DNA of 64,000 nucleotides from Octopus vulgaris. Lineage: Eukaryota. The translations under genes were made by a program, and so were the position numbers. Position 1 is the stretch's first letter. The number at the start of each line of letters is the position of its first letter. Of this stretch, positions 1 through 12,004 are shown in pieces. The notes beneath the pieces were generated by a model. It saw only the letters and a program-made list of their open reading frames with translations, ran no database searches and was not told where the DNA came from. Location of the stretch: assembly GCA_951406725.2 (NCBI GenBank), contig OX597814.1, positions 157,418,001-157,482,000 on the forward strand, in the 5' to 3' direction.

Positions 1-869
1 TAGGGAAAGTGAAGAGGGTATAGATTAATGAAATGACAATATAGATGGCAATAGTAAAGGAATAAGGAGATAAAGAGAGAAAAGAAAAAAGAAACAAAAA
101 AGTTCACAGCTCAACTTTCCGATATTGTAGAAATAACTGCATAAGTCTTTAGGTGCAATTCTACGTAGATCTAAGTTGGTTAAAGTCCTGATATTGTAAA
201 CATCCAGAAAAGACGCGAACATATCAACGTTCAATAACAGAATGTTAGCGTAGATTGTTATAAGTGGTAATAGAATAGACAAGTAAATGAATAGAAAGAG
301 AGGTAGATAGAGTGAGGGGTTGTTAAGGATTGGCTTTAGGATGAAGTCAGGCATATAAGTATATAGTGTCTAAGAATATAGTGTGCAAGGATACTCGAGA
401 AGATAAGAGAGAGGATGAGGAAGTAGAGGAAGATAACGTAAAAAATTAAACAAAATAGAGCAATGAAAGAAATTTAAAAAGAGTAGTAGGTGTCAGTGGT
501 ATTCTTCTAGCCTAAAGGAGTTGGATCGAAAATCTAGTAGTAAATGCTTGTGTCTGCTCTGGCTAAAATCAGTGGCTTTAGAGTTATTTTTAACAATAGG
601 GTTATAGGTGTGTAGGCAGTCGAGAATGAAGGAACTAATTGAATGTTAAATTATATAGGAGGAGGAGTTAGAATGAAATATTAGGGGATTTATTAGGTTA
701 AGGTTTAAAAGTAAATTAAAGATGAATTAAAGAATATTTATCTCATAAAGTGATAAGGTAAGGTAGATAGAAGAGATATAAGAGATAAGGAAAATAGAAG
801 AGATATAGAGATATAGGAGATATAGAAGCGATATAGAGAGGTATGTGTTAATGATCACCGGAGTTTGTA

Positions 870-1531
870 TGTGAGTGTTATTCGTGGGAGGTGAACTTAC
901 ATTTAGATTTATGAAAAAATTTAAAAGCGCGAAAGAATTTATGCTTACACCTAGCGAAGGCTTCGTTGTGTTTATTAAGCAATTGTGGTGAGTTACAGGT
1001 TAACATTTTGAGGGCTTCTTTTAAGCACAGTCCACGAATGAAGTGTTGGTCCTGATACGGGATATCCGAGTCTATTATTGCCCAGGAAAGTTTATATTGT
1101 ATTTTTCTATTAATTAGATGGTGTACGTAGCTGGCTAGTGATATGGATTTGTTATCCCCTTTATATCTAAACGAGGTTAAATGTGGATATCTTTGTTTAA
1201 AAAATGTAGTAGATCCACTGTAGTAACTATAGAAGTTATTTTCTATGTTGCGAACTGTGCATTAGTATACGACGTTGAATCATCTGCATTGGGCTTGCAG
1301 CGGGCAGTCTCGCCCAGATCTGCAATTGCAGCTGTCAATTCTACGATAGTTAATTGGGGATAGAGATGAAGTAGTGCTGGTAGTAGCTAGCGTAATATTA
1401 GGTGAATTGATCGTAATATTGCTGTTATTATTGCTGTCATTTCTACTATTAATATCAACACAAGCGTTACTATTATTATTATTATCGTCTCTACCGTTAT
1501 CAGCATCGTTGTTATAATTATTATCATTACC

Positions 1532-1573
<42 letters not shown>

Positions 1574-2250
1574 TGTTGTTGTTGTAGCAGCAGCAGTTGC
1601 GGTGCTAGTATCATTGGTAGTAGTGTTAGTATTAGCAGTGGTAGAGGAGGTGGTATTAGTTATGTTATTATTGCAACTATTAGTAGTAGCGTTTGTGGTT
1701 GGAGTGTTAATAGTAGTATTATTTTCAGTAATAGTAATATTGCCGTTGGTGCTAGTATTAATATTATTGCTAGTCCTATTAGTAGTTGAAGTACATGTAT
1801 TATTAGTTGTAGTGGTTATAATGTAGTTAGTATTGTTAGTATCAGCGTGCCTGTTAATGTTTTCCTCAGTTTCAGCTGTGCGCCCATTACTCTCCGAGGA
1901 GGGGACTATATTATGTCTGCTTAAGTTGTTTAAAGTAGTCGAGCCAGGGGCATTAGATATGTTATTGCGATCGGTGTTAGTGTTTTCATTGTGTAGGTCT
2001 ATGGTATGCATTTAGATTGTAAGAGCTAGGTTTACGTTTGTTAGATGAGGTGATAATTGATTCTATATTTGGTGTAGATAAATAATTTCAAAGTGGATCT
2101 GTTAAAGATAGAATAGTACTTATGGTTACGTGGGCAATTAGATTCTACTATTTTAAAGAATGCTTTAGCGGGCCCTTAACATTACAAGCCAATGGAGACT
2201 AGATCTCCCGCCACTTTTATTAGGTACGTTTGAGGAGGTGTAATTCCCAG
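870..2250 (-). mobile_element. Degenerate Penelope-like element (Naiad-type): linker and GIY-YIG endonuclease with a Thr/Asn low-complexity insert
   Basis: The minus strand reads ...HKYYSIFNRSTLK..., then a T/N-rich tract, then SCNCRSGRDCPLQAQC.FNVVY.CTV...YSGSTTFFKQRYPH...LSWAII...GLCLKE...LLNKHNE...CKH. This fits the PLE CxC-CPL-C/VVY/YxG GIY-YIG pattern, with in-frame stops. Confidence 0.8.
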
Positions 2251-2369
2251 TAAATGTTAGAGGAGAGTTGGAAAGTCTAGTATTAGTATTTAAAGAAAAC
2301 TATTTGATTAAATATTCTACTTTATTTCTTTTTTTCTTTCTGTTTTTATTCTATTTTTTCGTCTTTTTC

Positions 2370-4085
2370 TTTCCCCCTGTTACAAAATTAAACTTGAAGA
2401 CGGATGATGTCATTCCATCATACGTGGACGCTGGTTGCTTTCCTTCATACATTAAATTTTAATTTCTATAATTTTGAAATTTGAACTCGACAAAGACAGG
2501 CTAAATTTCATTCAACCAATAAACTATCTATTACAATCCAATCGGGCTCTTCGTCTTAACTGTTTACCTTTGTGAAGAGTTACATAAATTCTTTTAATAT
2601 ATCAAAATCGAGTAGATTGAGATGACCGATTTTATGGTACACAGAATAACAATTGGAACACATGGAAATTCTGGAGGTTACCAAAGCAGCCGGATGTCTA
2701 AGGAAAATCGTAATGTAAATTATAGTTTTTGTGTTTTATTCCTTCTTACAGTTAGCTTGTCAGCCCTGTTACTTTCGCTAGACCCCAGTATTGAGCCCAA
2801 TCCTGGGCCAATGGATTTTGTGCCATTTAAATACGAATCAGAAATTGAGAAATTGGCATTTATATCAGGGCAAAACTTTATTGTTTTCGTGCTGAAATCA
2901 AAAGCCATTTATCATTTCTAGAAACACGCAAACAATATAAAGTTATACTGGAATGTCTTACATCAAATAAACCAATGTGTGCATCAAAGACTGGCGATTC
3001 ATTGCTTCGAAAGCTTAAATTAATTGGTGAGAGCAATTCATTTAACATAATGGAAGCAATTATTGAAAACTATCGTTCAAAATTAATATTGCTGGGTGTA
3101 GACATTAAAGCTAACAACGGGGAAGGGAGGCGTTATCGAAATTATGGACAGAAGTGAGTATATTTCGCTTAGAAGAATTTTTAAATGACAAAACTTCATA
3201 TGAAGAATTACCTGTCGATCCAAACCCCAATTACAGAGAGGAACTTGACAAAATAATTCTGGAAATGGAAGAAAACAATTTCATTAATAAGGTCAAATCA
3301 AGGAGTTTACAGTCAGAAAGAAGAACACCTGTATTTTATGGTCTCCCTACAGTACACAAAAAATTCGAAAGAATTCCTTTCATGCGCCCAATTTGCAGCG
3401 GATATGAATGATAACAGAAATGTTGATTTATACAGAAGGAGGAACATGTAAAGATTTCCATTTGGTGTACGCGGCAGAATGCACGAAACACAACTTGATT
3501 TATGTTGGTTGTACAACAGAACAATTAAACAAAAGTTTTAATGTGCACAGATATGACGTCAGACACAATAACAGTAGTTCAAGAGAACTCGCTGAACATT
3601 TTGCTTCAAACGGCTGCAATTTTGAAAAAGACTTGAAATTACATATTCTCAGAAAATATTCTGAATCTGATTCATTTTCTCTTCTCAAAATGCATGGGGA
3701 GAAATATGTTTGCGGATTATTAACATCAGGCCCTGGAGGAATGAACAAAGTGACACGAGAATATCATCAAATTTATTCAAAACAGTTTGATTAAATATTT
3801 TTTCTTTCCTCATTTTTTTTTCAGTTCTTTTCTGGCTTTTTCTTTTCGCTTGTTATAAAATTGAAACTTAAAGACTGATGAGGTCATTTCATCAACATGT
3901 GGACGCTGGTTGCTCTCGTTCATACATTAAATTTAAATTTCTATAATTTTGAATTTTTATCACTTCTTATTTTGAACTCGACAAATACAGGTTTACTGTC
4001 GAAATATCGTTCAACCAATAAACTATCTATTACAATCGAATCGCGCTTTTCGTCTTGACTGTTTACCTTTGTGAAGAGTTTCGTC
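2370..4085 (+). mobile_element. Internally deleted Penelope-like element with direct pseudo-LTRs (about 2370-2585 and 3850-4085)
   Basis: Fragments DIKANNG.., TPVFYGLPTVHK...RPICS (PLE RT N-terminus) are joined directly to GGTCKDFHLVYAAECTKHNLIYVGCT...LAEHF (GIY-YIG); the RT core is missing. A diverged ~220-bp direct repeat lies at both ends. Confidence 0.8.
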
Positions 4086-4437
4086 AATCCATTTGAAAGA
4101 TTATTATTATTATCATTTTTATTATTATTATTGAAATACAAATAAAAGTAATAATTTTAACGCATGCGCGCGCACACATATACATACGCACATAATGAAC
4201 ATGTCTATATATACTGAGTATTCCAGACGCATCTTAATATTTTCCTTGTATTGTCCTTTGTACACCCTGATGATCCTTCATAAAAGGTACTTAAAAAGCG
4301 AAATTATATATTTATGCATGTTTTGTAATTTTAATTTTGTTTCTGAAATGAAACGACTGTAGGTGAATATGTTAATTAATCAATAAATTTATTTGTATCC
4401 ATTAGACATCTCAGTTTTCTAACTCGATAAAAATATT

Positions 4438-4471
<34 letters not shown>

Positions 4472-4473
<2 letters not shown>

Positions 4474-4800
4474 TGGATTCTCCCATTGAAGACGATGAAT
4501 GAGGGTTCAGCAAATAACCTTCAACAGTTCCTAAGCCTTGCGACACCGCATGCGTACCTTCAATCCAGCAGATGTCTTGCACACTTTCTCACAAATGGTA
4601 CACTTGCACGTATTCGTTGGTTCAAAATGTCTTCTCGAGTGGACAGCTAACCCAGCTTTGCTTCGTGCTTTGAACCCACAGTGACACACACAGTCATTGT
4701 TTGGTGGATTTTGCTGATATATACTTACCTTTCACCCAACGATATGTGGTGTACATACGCTTGTTGTCAACCATTACTCAATTGCGAGCGGTTGTAGATT
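4472..4800 (-). mobile_element. 3' fragment of an RTE-like LINE (C-terminal C2H2-like fingers, ends in (TA)n)
   Basis: The minus strand reads CVCHCGFKARSKAGLAVHSRRH and CKCTICEKVCKTSAGLKVRMR, followed by a short tail abutting a (TA)n tract. Confidence 0.55.
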
Positions 4801-6039
4801 TCATCACTAATTCAGTTCTCAACTAAATAGAATGCAGTTTGTTTTAGCAATGATGCTCCAGTACTAAAATACGTTTGGATATAAAATAATTGAAATTTGG
4901 TTCATTAAAAGAAATAGTTAGATTATGATATGTGAGGGCAGAAATTGGTGTAAAGCGAAGGGTTAACTTTGAATTAAAATATTTCAATTATTTTAAAAGT
5001 AAAGTGGCTTTCAAAGAATGTGCTCAATAAGAATTATCTTTTGCTGAAAACTTCATTTAAAAATTATTCATTTAAAAATAATTAGCTGTGAAAAATGTAG
5101 TGTGGCATTAAGTCACGAAAAAAATGGTAATTCCAAAATTTGAATTTGTATCAGAATATCTCAGCTATCATAAGAGTAATCTACACAACGGTGGTGTTCA
5201 AATGAAATAACTCTATGAATAGGAATCTTATTCTGAAAAGTTCGTCGAAAAATATTAGTAACGAGAGGTATATTGTGGATGGGCGACAATGGTGATCATT
5301 CTAACAAATCAATATATTTTTGTCATTGTAAAATATTTAACGTTATAAAGGCTATTTTGAAAATATCCTGATTTGACAACATCAAGGACTGAAGAGGTCA
5401 CAATACAATGAACATACTACGCATGACAGATGACGACTAAACCGTACAGAATTTTACCCCAACGACTGGCTGTATTAGTTAAGGGGACTTTGGCAATGAT
5501 GAGTGCTGTGAAAGACAGTATTTGATGTCAAGGACTCATTTAGCCTGATAGCACAGGGGTGTTAGTCGGAATTTTAGAGCGACAAGTTTCGAATGTCTGT
5601 AGCGCCTTGCTGGCCGCCTTTGTTTTCTAAGCTGTTGTCACAATTATTCTGCGTTCGAGCTGTGGAGTGGTGCCTTCTCTTGGTCTAGGCACTTTGGCCT
5701 TTTACAACGAAATCCCTATCTTAATTCCCTCAAAATATTCACAAAGTTTGGCCATATGGAACCTATTGAATGTATTCCATACCCTTGATGACAAAAAGGG
5801 TGTCATATTCTCGGTGAATTTGCTTTTCCCGACCTTTTATGCCAGCGAAAAACACATACTCGGCTCATACAGTTAAAAGATATGAAGTCTGGAGCATTAC
5901 CTATGTTACTGTAGCGTTTGTTTCGTAAGTTTAACAGAAGCACTTTATTGCAAAGCGAAGTCCAAAATTATTTTCAAGTCTCGGCATGAAAGTTTACGAA
6001 AATGTTTTCTTTTTTTAATGGACACTGAGTAAAATTGAC

Positions 6040-7030
6040 TGATGGTTTCATGGACTACTCTTATCCACAAGAACAAAGAGACAAGTGTGGCGCCAAACTA
6101 TAAACCCATTGCATACGTGAACGTCATATACAAACGGTAAACTGTCTGGATATGTTTCTACAACGCCAATGCCAAACAAATGGTTTAATAATCGACGAAT
6201 AGGCAGAAAAAAGAAAAGAGTCTGGGACTGTTCAGAACAACCCCTCCCCAACAAAGCTGTCTTTAAAGAAACCAATCACATTGGTGTAAATTGTTAACTG
6301 TATAGCTAAACTACAAGACATTGTTCGACTCTGTCTCTCAATCATGCAGGATAGAAACACTACACCTTGCCAAATTACAAGCTGCTGTGTCATTCAATGG
6401 CATTCTAGTGAATGCCATTGAAAAATACACTGTAACGTGGTTCACACAATTATCACTGAGAACTACTAAAGCATTTCTTATTGTTACAAAAAGAATCAAG
6501 CTATAAACAGACATATTCCAGTGTGATAATTTATCTGTAATGCAGTTTGTACTGGCGGTGAATCCATTTGTCAGCCCTACTAACACAATGCCAAAGGTAC
6601 ATGCAGGTATATGCAGAAAAGGATAAAATTAATGTTACCCAAACAGTTTTTGCTGATGACCTAAAATTATATTCTGTAATATCACGAACATCAAGAGACA
6701 ATTCAAACTGGTTACAACATACTCACGAGATAAACGAATATAATTTGGGCAAGATAGATGCTCATGCATTATAGACAACTGAGGTAAGATTGTTGACCAA
6801 GCAGAGAACATATATATCATCGGTTTGTCTATCTCTACTACTTCGAATCGATGAGAAGGTTGCATATATTGGTGCTGTCACTGAAGCCAACGTAACAAAA
6901 GAGTACTTCTGTAGAATGCTTTTGCAGTACAAGCGCTAGTGCCAACGTTTGGGATATTGGACAGCACACTCGGTGACAAAATCAGCCTGGACGTCAAAAC
7001 CAGAATTGTACTGACTTTGTAATTCATTCC
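6040..7030 (+). mobile_element. Highly degenerate R4/Dong-like RT remnant
   Basis: Broken motifs IFQ(C)DNLS, FADDLKLY and FGQDRC, like those of the R4-type RT at 46283-48202; many stops and frameshifts. Confidence 0.6.
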
Positions 7031-8295
7031 GATGACTTTGAGATAGAGTCGACAACCCTATTGTTTTTATAGGTATAATATCCTTTCTCTACTTAAATAC
7101 TCTTATATTACAAAACTAACAAGTTTGTAATCTTAAAACTACAAATTTTCTGCCTGGTAGCCAAGTTTTCAGATTAACTTTCGTCTTCGTTGTCGATATA
7201 TTTCACTAAAACCCTTGAACGCTGTAAACCCGCATGGCCACAATCTAATGAATAAAATGATAAAGTTATATAGACTTCCGATATTGCTAAATAATAGGGT
7301 CACGAATTAATTAAGACAGACATCAAGACGTGTTTAGTATTAGTTTAGTTGGCAACTAAACTAATAAACTCTCACAAAATTTCATCAAATCTTAATATAC
7401 AATGATTTCTAATATTTGCTCTAGGTCATACATTTTAGGGAAGGGTATAAGCGATGAAGTCGATCACAGCACTTAAATAGTGATAGATTTTATCGATCCT
7501 GGTCAGATGAAAAACAAGGTTAACCTCCGTGGGATTTCAACTAAGATTGTAAAGAGAAAGAAAGAAGATAACGCTAGCGACTAAGACAACTGCTCGCTAA
7601 GGGCTTAAATATATATTCACCCTATGTTTTCTTTTTGATTTTGTCTTTACTTTATTGCTATCGTTTTTCTGTTTCCTAACTGCGCGCTCACATGCATGTC
7701 TAAACAGATAGCGTGATACGTGTTAATATTTTATCTAAAATCTATTTACAGCATAACTCGACCGTTCTGAACAGATCTTGCATTTGATTGAAAGTAACAC
7801 TATTTGGACTATAGAAAAAAATCAATTGACATTTTAAGTGAATATGAATGATGGAAAATTTCAATAAAGTGATCCGCCATTCACCACCACTACTGTATAC
7901 AACTATGTTGCTAAAACGGTGCCTCTACATGGTCGCTTGGTGCCTTTGTGATAGTAGTCAAATCTTCCTCACATCGCACACTACCATTCTAAAGGCCATA
8001 CACGTAAAGCCTAGATGGCCATGTCTCGAATGATTAGTCTCATGGAACAGGAGCTAAACAATAACTACTACAATTTCTCAGACAAGCCTGAACATTGTCG
8101 CTCTATTTGCCAGAAGTAACAAGCAAATATTTCTAAAATCCCGTACAATTATCTAACAAAATACCCACATATTAAATAATATAATTCTATAGTTTGGACT
8201 CCAATACCTTTGATATAATATATTTTCTCGAAATAGGCGGATTGTAGCGTAAAGTCAACCATAATAACCAACAAAAACTAATATTACTGCCACCG

Positions 8296-8407
8296 TTGCT
8301 GCTGCTGCTGCTATTACTACTACTACTACTGCTGCTGCTGCTGTTGCTACTATTACTACTACTACTACTGCTGCTGCTGCTGTTGCTACTACTACTACTA
8401 CTACTAC

Positions 8408-8442
<35 letters not shown>
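8296..8442. repeat. Compound (CTG/CTA)n-(TAG)n microsatellite
   Basis: Directly visible triplet repeats; they explain the poly-L/S/T/V ORFs here. Confidence 0.95.
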
Positions 8443-9299
8443 CTTCTACTACGGCCGACATCAATTATTACAATAGCCAACAATGAAATTGCCCATTTAA
8501 TGTTTATAAATATCCTCAAATAATTTTCCAGTGTTGACTTTGAATGTGCTCATTTATTCACATTTTGTATTATTTTTCTATGGCGGAAATACTGTAGCTG
8601 GTAAAATCAGAATTGTGATGAAACTATGATCTGGAGATGGTCATACTATTGTTCCTTCTGGATTATATAATTCAATGAAGTGGAATGTCATTGTCTGGTT
8701 TTCACAATTGAAAAAAGAGGACTATTTGGGGAATGAAAGATTTTCTATTTCTGTTTCAACTTGATTTATCGTGTTGTAGAAGTGAATATTTTTGAGCGGT
8801 TCAATATTTGAGATGAGTATTGCTGGAACGTTTTCTCTGAGTATGACAAGATTATACATTTTAATACAATCTGTCGGCGGGAAAAATCACTTCAAATGTA
8901 CATACGAAATTTATTAAAATTTGGGTATTTGTTGAATACTCTTTAGAAAATTCTTGCCAAATTTAAGTAGTTTTCTCTTATTACAATTTTGCTGCCGCCG
9001 ATATTTCAAAGATATAGAAAATTATATGAATCGTTTCATAAAATTTCAAACACCATTACAATGTCAAAGATTCTTGAAATTTTGTAAGGCCATTTGAATT
9101 GATTTCATGGAATGAATATTGTATAGAGATGCCTTAAATTTTTTCGGCAAGAAAAGTATTTTCTTTATTAACAATTATCTCGGAAAACTCTCAAATAGTT
9201 TCAAGGAAATTGACTAGATTGCTTTCATACATAAATTCATTTTTTAATGTTTGCTTTATGATTTCACGATAAAAATAGTAAATAACGTCTTCGAAGCGA

Positions 9300-9630
9300 A
9301 GAAAATGCTTAAATGATCCTGAGTTTTTGTTTTATGAGTGGCTCATACGTTTTGCAGAAACAATGAAGAAAACTCAATGATTTATTTAAAAAGTTTTAAA
9401 TTCTATACTTTAAACTGAAAATAGTAAACCAAGATAAGGGCTGGGTTTCTCATCAATTTTGCGAAACGTGTCTTGTAAATATGTGAGGATTGGCAAGTAG
9501 GAAGAAAAAGGAAATAGAATTTAGAATGCCATTGATTTGGAGGTAACCTAGATATCATTTTAGAGTCTGCAATTTCTGTTTAATTTATGCTAAAAGTTTC
9601 GATGTTTAAAAACAAAGCGAAAAATGAATA
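9300..9630 (+). mobile_element. N-terminal remnant of a DNA transposase (Tc1/mariner-m44-like), continued at about 12140-12205
   Basis: Translates to VNQDKGWVSHQFCETC...FRMPLIWR*PRYHFRVCNFC, resembling the QDKxWxPH..C..C / WREP.NH..DCYFC motifs. It resumes as EQFSQNELND after the Penelope insertion. Confidence 0.6.
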
Positions 9631-9634
9631 TATA

Positions 9635-9704
<70 letters not shown>

Positions 9705-9752
9705 AAACAAGTCAAGATAGAAAATGCTAAAATAATTTTATAAAGAACATTT

Positions 9753-9790
9753 CAGTACCGGTTTCGGTCATTTTGAGACCTTTTCAACTG
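9753..9790 (-). ncRNA. Minimal type I hammerhead ribozyme (U3-A8 core variant) in the pLTR
   Basis: Minus strand: CAG UUGAAAA GGUC-ucaaaau-GACC GAAA CCGG UA CUG. Stem I, stem II, a palindromic stem III and a GUA triplet are present. Confidence 0.75.
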
Positions 9791-10415
9791 TAACGATTAA
9801 ATAATTAAATTTAGAAAAATTAAAAGAAAAGTTTTTTTAAAGGAATATTTGTATAGCGTTCAAATATAAGTGGCATTCTGCCTTTCTCTGTCTCCCTTGT
9901 TTGCACTTGTGTGTTCGAGGTCGTTGTGAATTCTTGGTAGTGTAGAAGAAGAAGAAGGTTGATGAGGAGAGGGGGTGGAAAAATTTGGGAGTACCTTGAT
10001 GGTAGTATTTTGAATGGTCAGTGACGGCTAGCAGTTGCAGTTCAATTCAGGAGAATATTTCTATTGAAAGGCTTGTTTATGGAATTTGCGTAGGTGTTAT
10101 ACTAAAAAGCATTAGTGATAAAGTTAAGAGGTAGAAGGTGGAGCAGAAGAAGAAGATGAAGAAGAAGAAGAAGAAGAAAAAGAAGAAGGAGAAGGAGAAG
10201 AAAAAGATGATGATGATGACGGTGATGATGATAATGATGATGATGAAGAAGAAGAAAAAAGAGAAGGGAGAATATGAATGAGTGGAAGTAGTGAGGTGTT
10301 GTATGACTTGAAGTTGGCACGTTATGGATTATAGCTGTGATTGGGGCTGATTTGTAATGGATTCTTTGGAATGTAATATTTGCGTGTGTATTTGTTATTC
10401 TAAAGCTGAGGTGTA

Positions 10416-11699
10416 TTAATCGTTTGTCGTAGACCCGTTAAGAAGTGGCCTGTATTTTGTAATAAAGAGAGTTTCTTTACTTATTCGTTGTCTCGAGGTT
10501 GTATCGTCCCTAAATTGGTAGAGGGGGAAAATCCTGAAGCCTGGTGTTTTGTTGTTGGCGCAAGTATCTATGTGTTGGCTGAAAGCAATTTTTCTGTTTC
10601 GGGGAATTTTTATCTGGGATCTGTGCAGGGCCATTCTTTTACGCAAACTATTTTTTGTTTGGCCTATGTACTGCTCTTGACACCCAGAGCAGGTTAGTGT
10701 GTATACTAGGTTCTCCAAAGCACATGTGAAGTTGCTTTTCACTGTAAACCGTTGTCCCTGTTTGAAGGAGAACTCTGATCCCTCAATTAGATAATCGCAT
10801 ATCCCGCAATTGGGTCTTCCACATTTTTTTACTGTCGGCTTCTGTGTTGAAGAGTGTATCCGGGCTTGTGTTAGGAGACTTTTCATAGATTTAGTCTGTC
10901 TCTTGCTTTTTATGATCGTGTGTGTTTGGAGAATTGTGTTCATTCTGTGGTCTTTTTTTAGGAGGGGTATGTTGTGGAGGATGGTGCCGAAGGCTTCATT
11001 GTTGAGAGGGTTGTGTGTGGAGATGTATGGTAAGGCTTTTGGTCGTACGTTTTTCTTTGATTTAGGATGTCTCAGTTCCTGGATGTTAAGGTGAAGGGCA
11101 CGTTGAATGCACATGTCAATAAGTGAAGGTGGGTAGTTCCTGGTGATAAGGGTATCTTTTAGTTCTTGTAGTCGTGTGTCTCTGGTGTTTGCATTAGAAA
11201 CTATAGTGCATATCCTTTTTGCTAGATTGAAGGGGATATTCATCCTGGTGTGTCTGAGGTGGCATGAATTGAATGGAAGATATTGCTTAGAATCTGTAGG
11301 CTTATTATATATGTCTGTTTCTATTACATTATTAGCTTTCTTAATGAGGATATCGAGGAAGGGGAGTTGTTGCTGGCTATATTCCATCGTGAATTGGATG
11401 TTTACGTCCAGTCCGTTTAAAATTTCTTGGAATTCTTTGAGTTTCTCTATATTTTCATGCCAAAGAATGAAACAGTCATCTAGATATCTCTTCCAGTTGT
11501 TTTCTATGTAGATGGAGAAAGAGCTGCCATATCTTTCTAGAACCTTACGATACAGACTGATCTCTAGATATCCTATAACTAGGTTGGCAAAGGAGGGGGC
11601 CATTCGTGTACCCATCGCAGTCCCCGATTTTTGTCGGTAGAAGTTGTCTTTGAAGGCGAAGAAGTTATTTTCCAGGATGAATTTAACCCCTTCTGTCAC
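10416..11699 (-). CDS. Penelope-like RT (C-terminal part) and GIY-YIG endonuclease, 5'-truncated
   Basis: Motifs GTAMGTRMAPSFANL, RYLDD, LPFLDI, YNKPTD, C..PNC..C, NLVY..TC..C..QYIGQT. Confidence 0.93.
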   Translation of the reverse strand: MTEGVKFILENNFFAFKDNFYRQKSGTAMGTRMAPSFANLVIGYLEISLYRKVLERYGSSFSIYIENNWKRYLDDCFILWHENIEKLKEFQEILNGLDVNIQFTMEYSQQQLPFLDILIKKANNVIETDIYNKPTDSKQYLPFNSCHLRHTRMNIPFNLAKRICTIVSNANTRDTRLQELKDTLITRNYPPSLIDMCIQRALHLNIQELRHPKSKKNVRPKALPYISTHNPLNNEAFGTILHNIPLLKKDHRMNTILQTHTIIKSKRQTKSMKSLLTQARIHSSTQKPTVKKCGRPNCGICDYLIEGSEFSFKQGQRFTVKSNFTCALENLVYTLTCSGCQEQYIGQTKNSLRKRMALHRSQIKIPRNRKIAFSQHIDTCANNKTPGFRIFPLYQFRDDTTSRQRISKETLFITKYRPLLNGSTTND

Positions 11700-11809
11700 G
11701 AATTCTTTTTTGATGCGATGTGGGAGTTCGTTGGCGTGATTCTCTAGCCAGAATTGGCTTTAAAAAAACTTTTCTTTTAATTTTTCTAAATTTAATTATT
11801 TAATCGTTA

Positions 11810-11847
11810 CAGTTGAAAATGTCTCAAAATGACCGAAACCGGTACTG
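11810..11847 (+). ncRNA. Inverted copy of the same minimal hammerhead (one stem II mismatch)
   Basis: cag ttgaaaa tgtc tcaaaat gacc gaaa ccgg ta ctg. Confidence 0.65.
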
Positions 11848-11939
11848 AAATGTTCTTTATAAAATTATTTTAGCATTTTCTATCTTGACTTGTTTTTTCA
11901 TATATATATCAACCCGTGTGTTCCTTTTCACCCTTATAC

Positions 11940-12004
<65 letters not shown>

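Larger units (their letters stand above)
1..5687. repeat. Segmental/tandem duplication, copy 1 (matches 58303-64000)
   Basis: Sequence from position 1 (tagggaaagtgaagagg...) recurs at 58303, offset 58302. ORF pairs such as 25..354/58327..58656 and 3408..3794/61718..62104 are nearly identical; differences are scattered SNPs, small indels and microsatellite lengths. Confidence 0.97.
9701..11900 (-). mobile_element. 5'-truncated Penelope-like element with inverted pseudo-LTR ends, inserted in (TA)n
   Basis: RT and GIY-YIG ORF on the minus strand; 9701-9842 and 11758-11900 form a near-perfect inverted repeat; (TA)n on both flanks. Confidence 0.93.

Noticed and set aside
1280-1282. In-frame TGA in a Naiad-type GIY-YIG region as a possible selenocysteine codon
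   Set aside because: The duplicate copy has AGA here, the position is not a conserved Cys, a TAA follows six codons later, and I saw no SECIS.
1280-2011. Mucin-like host gene
   Set aside because: It is continuous with PLE linker and GIY-YIG motifs, and there is no signal peptide or splice evidence.
3870-4060. Hammerhead in the pLTR (ctgatga at 3874; gaaatatc at 4001)
   Set aside because: The core pieces cannot be assembled into one complete fold; at best this is a decayed relic.
4265-4310. ctgatga...gcgaaa hammerhead candidate
   Set aside because: No convincing stem I or III and no cleavage triplet.
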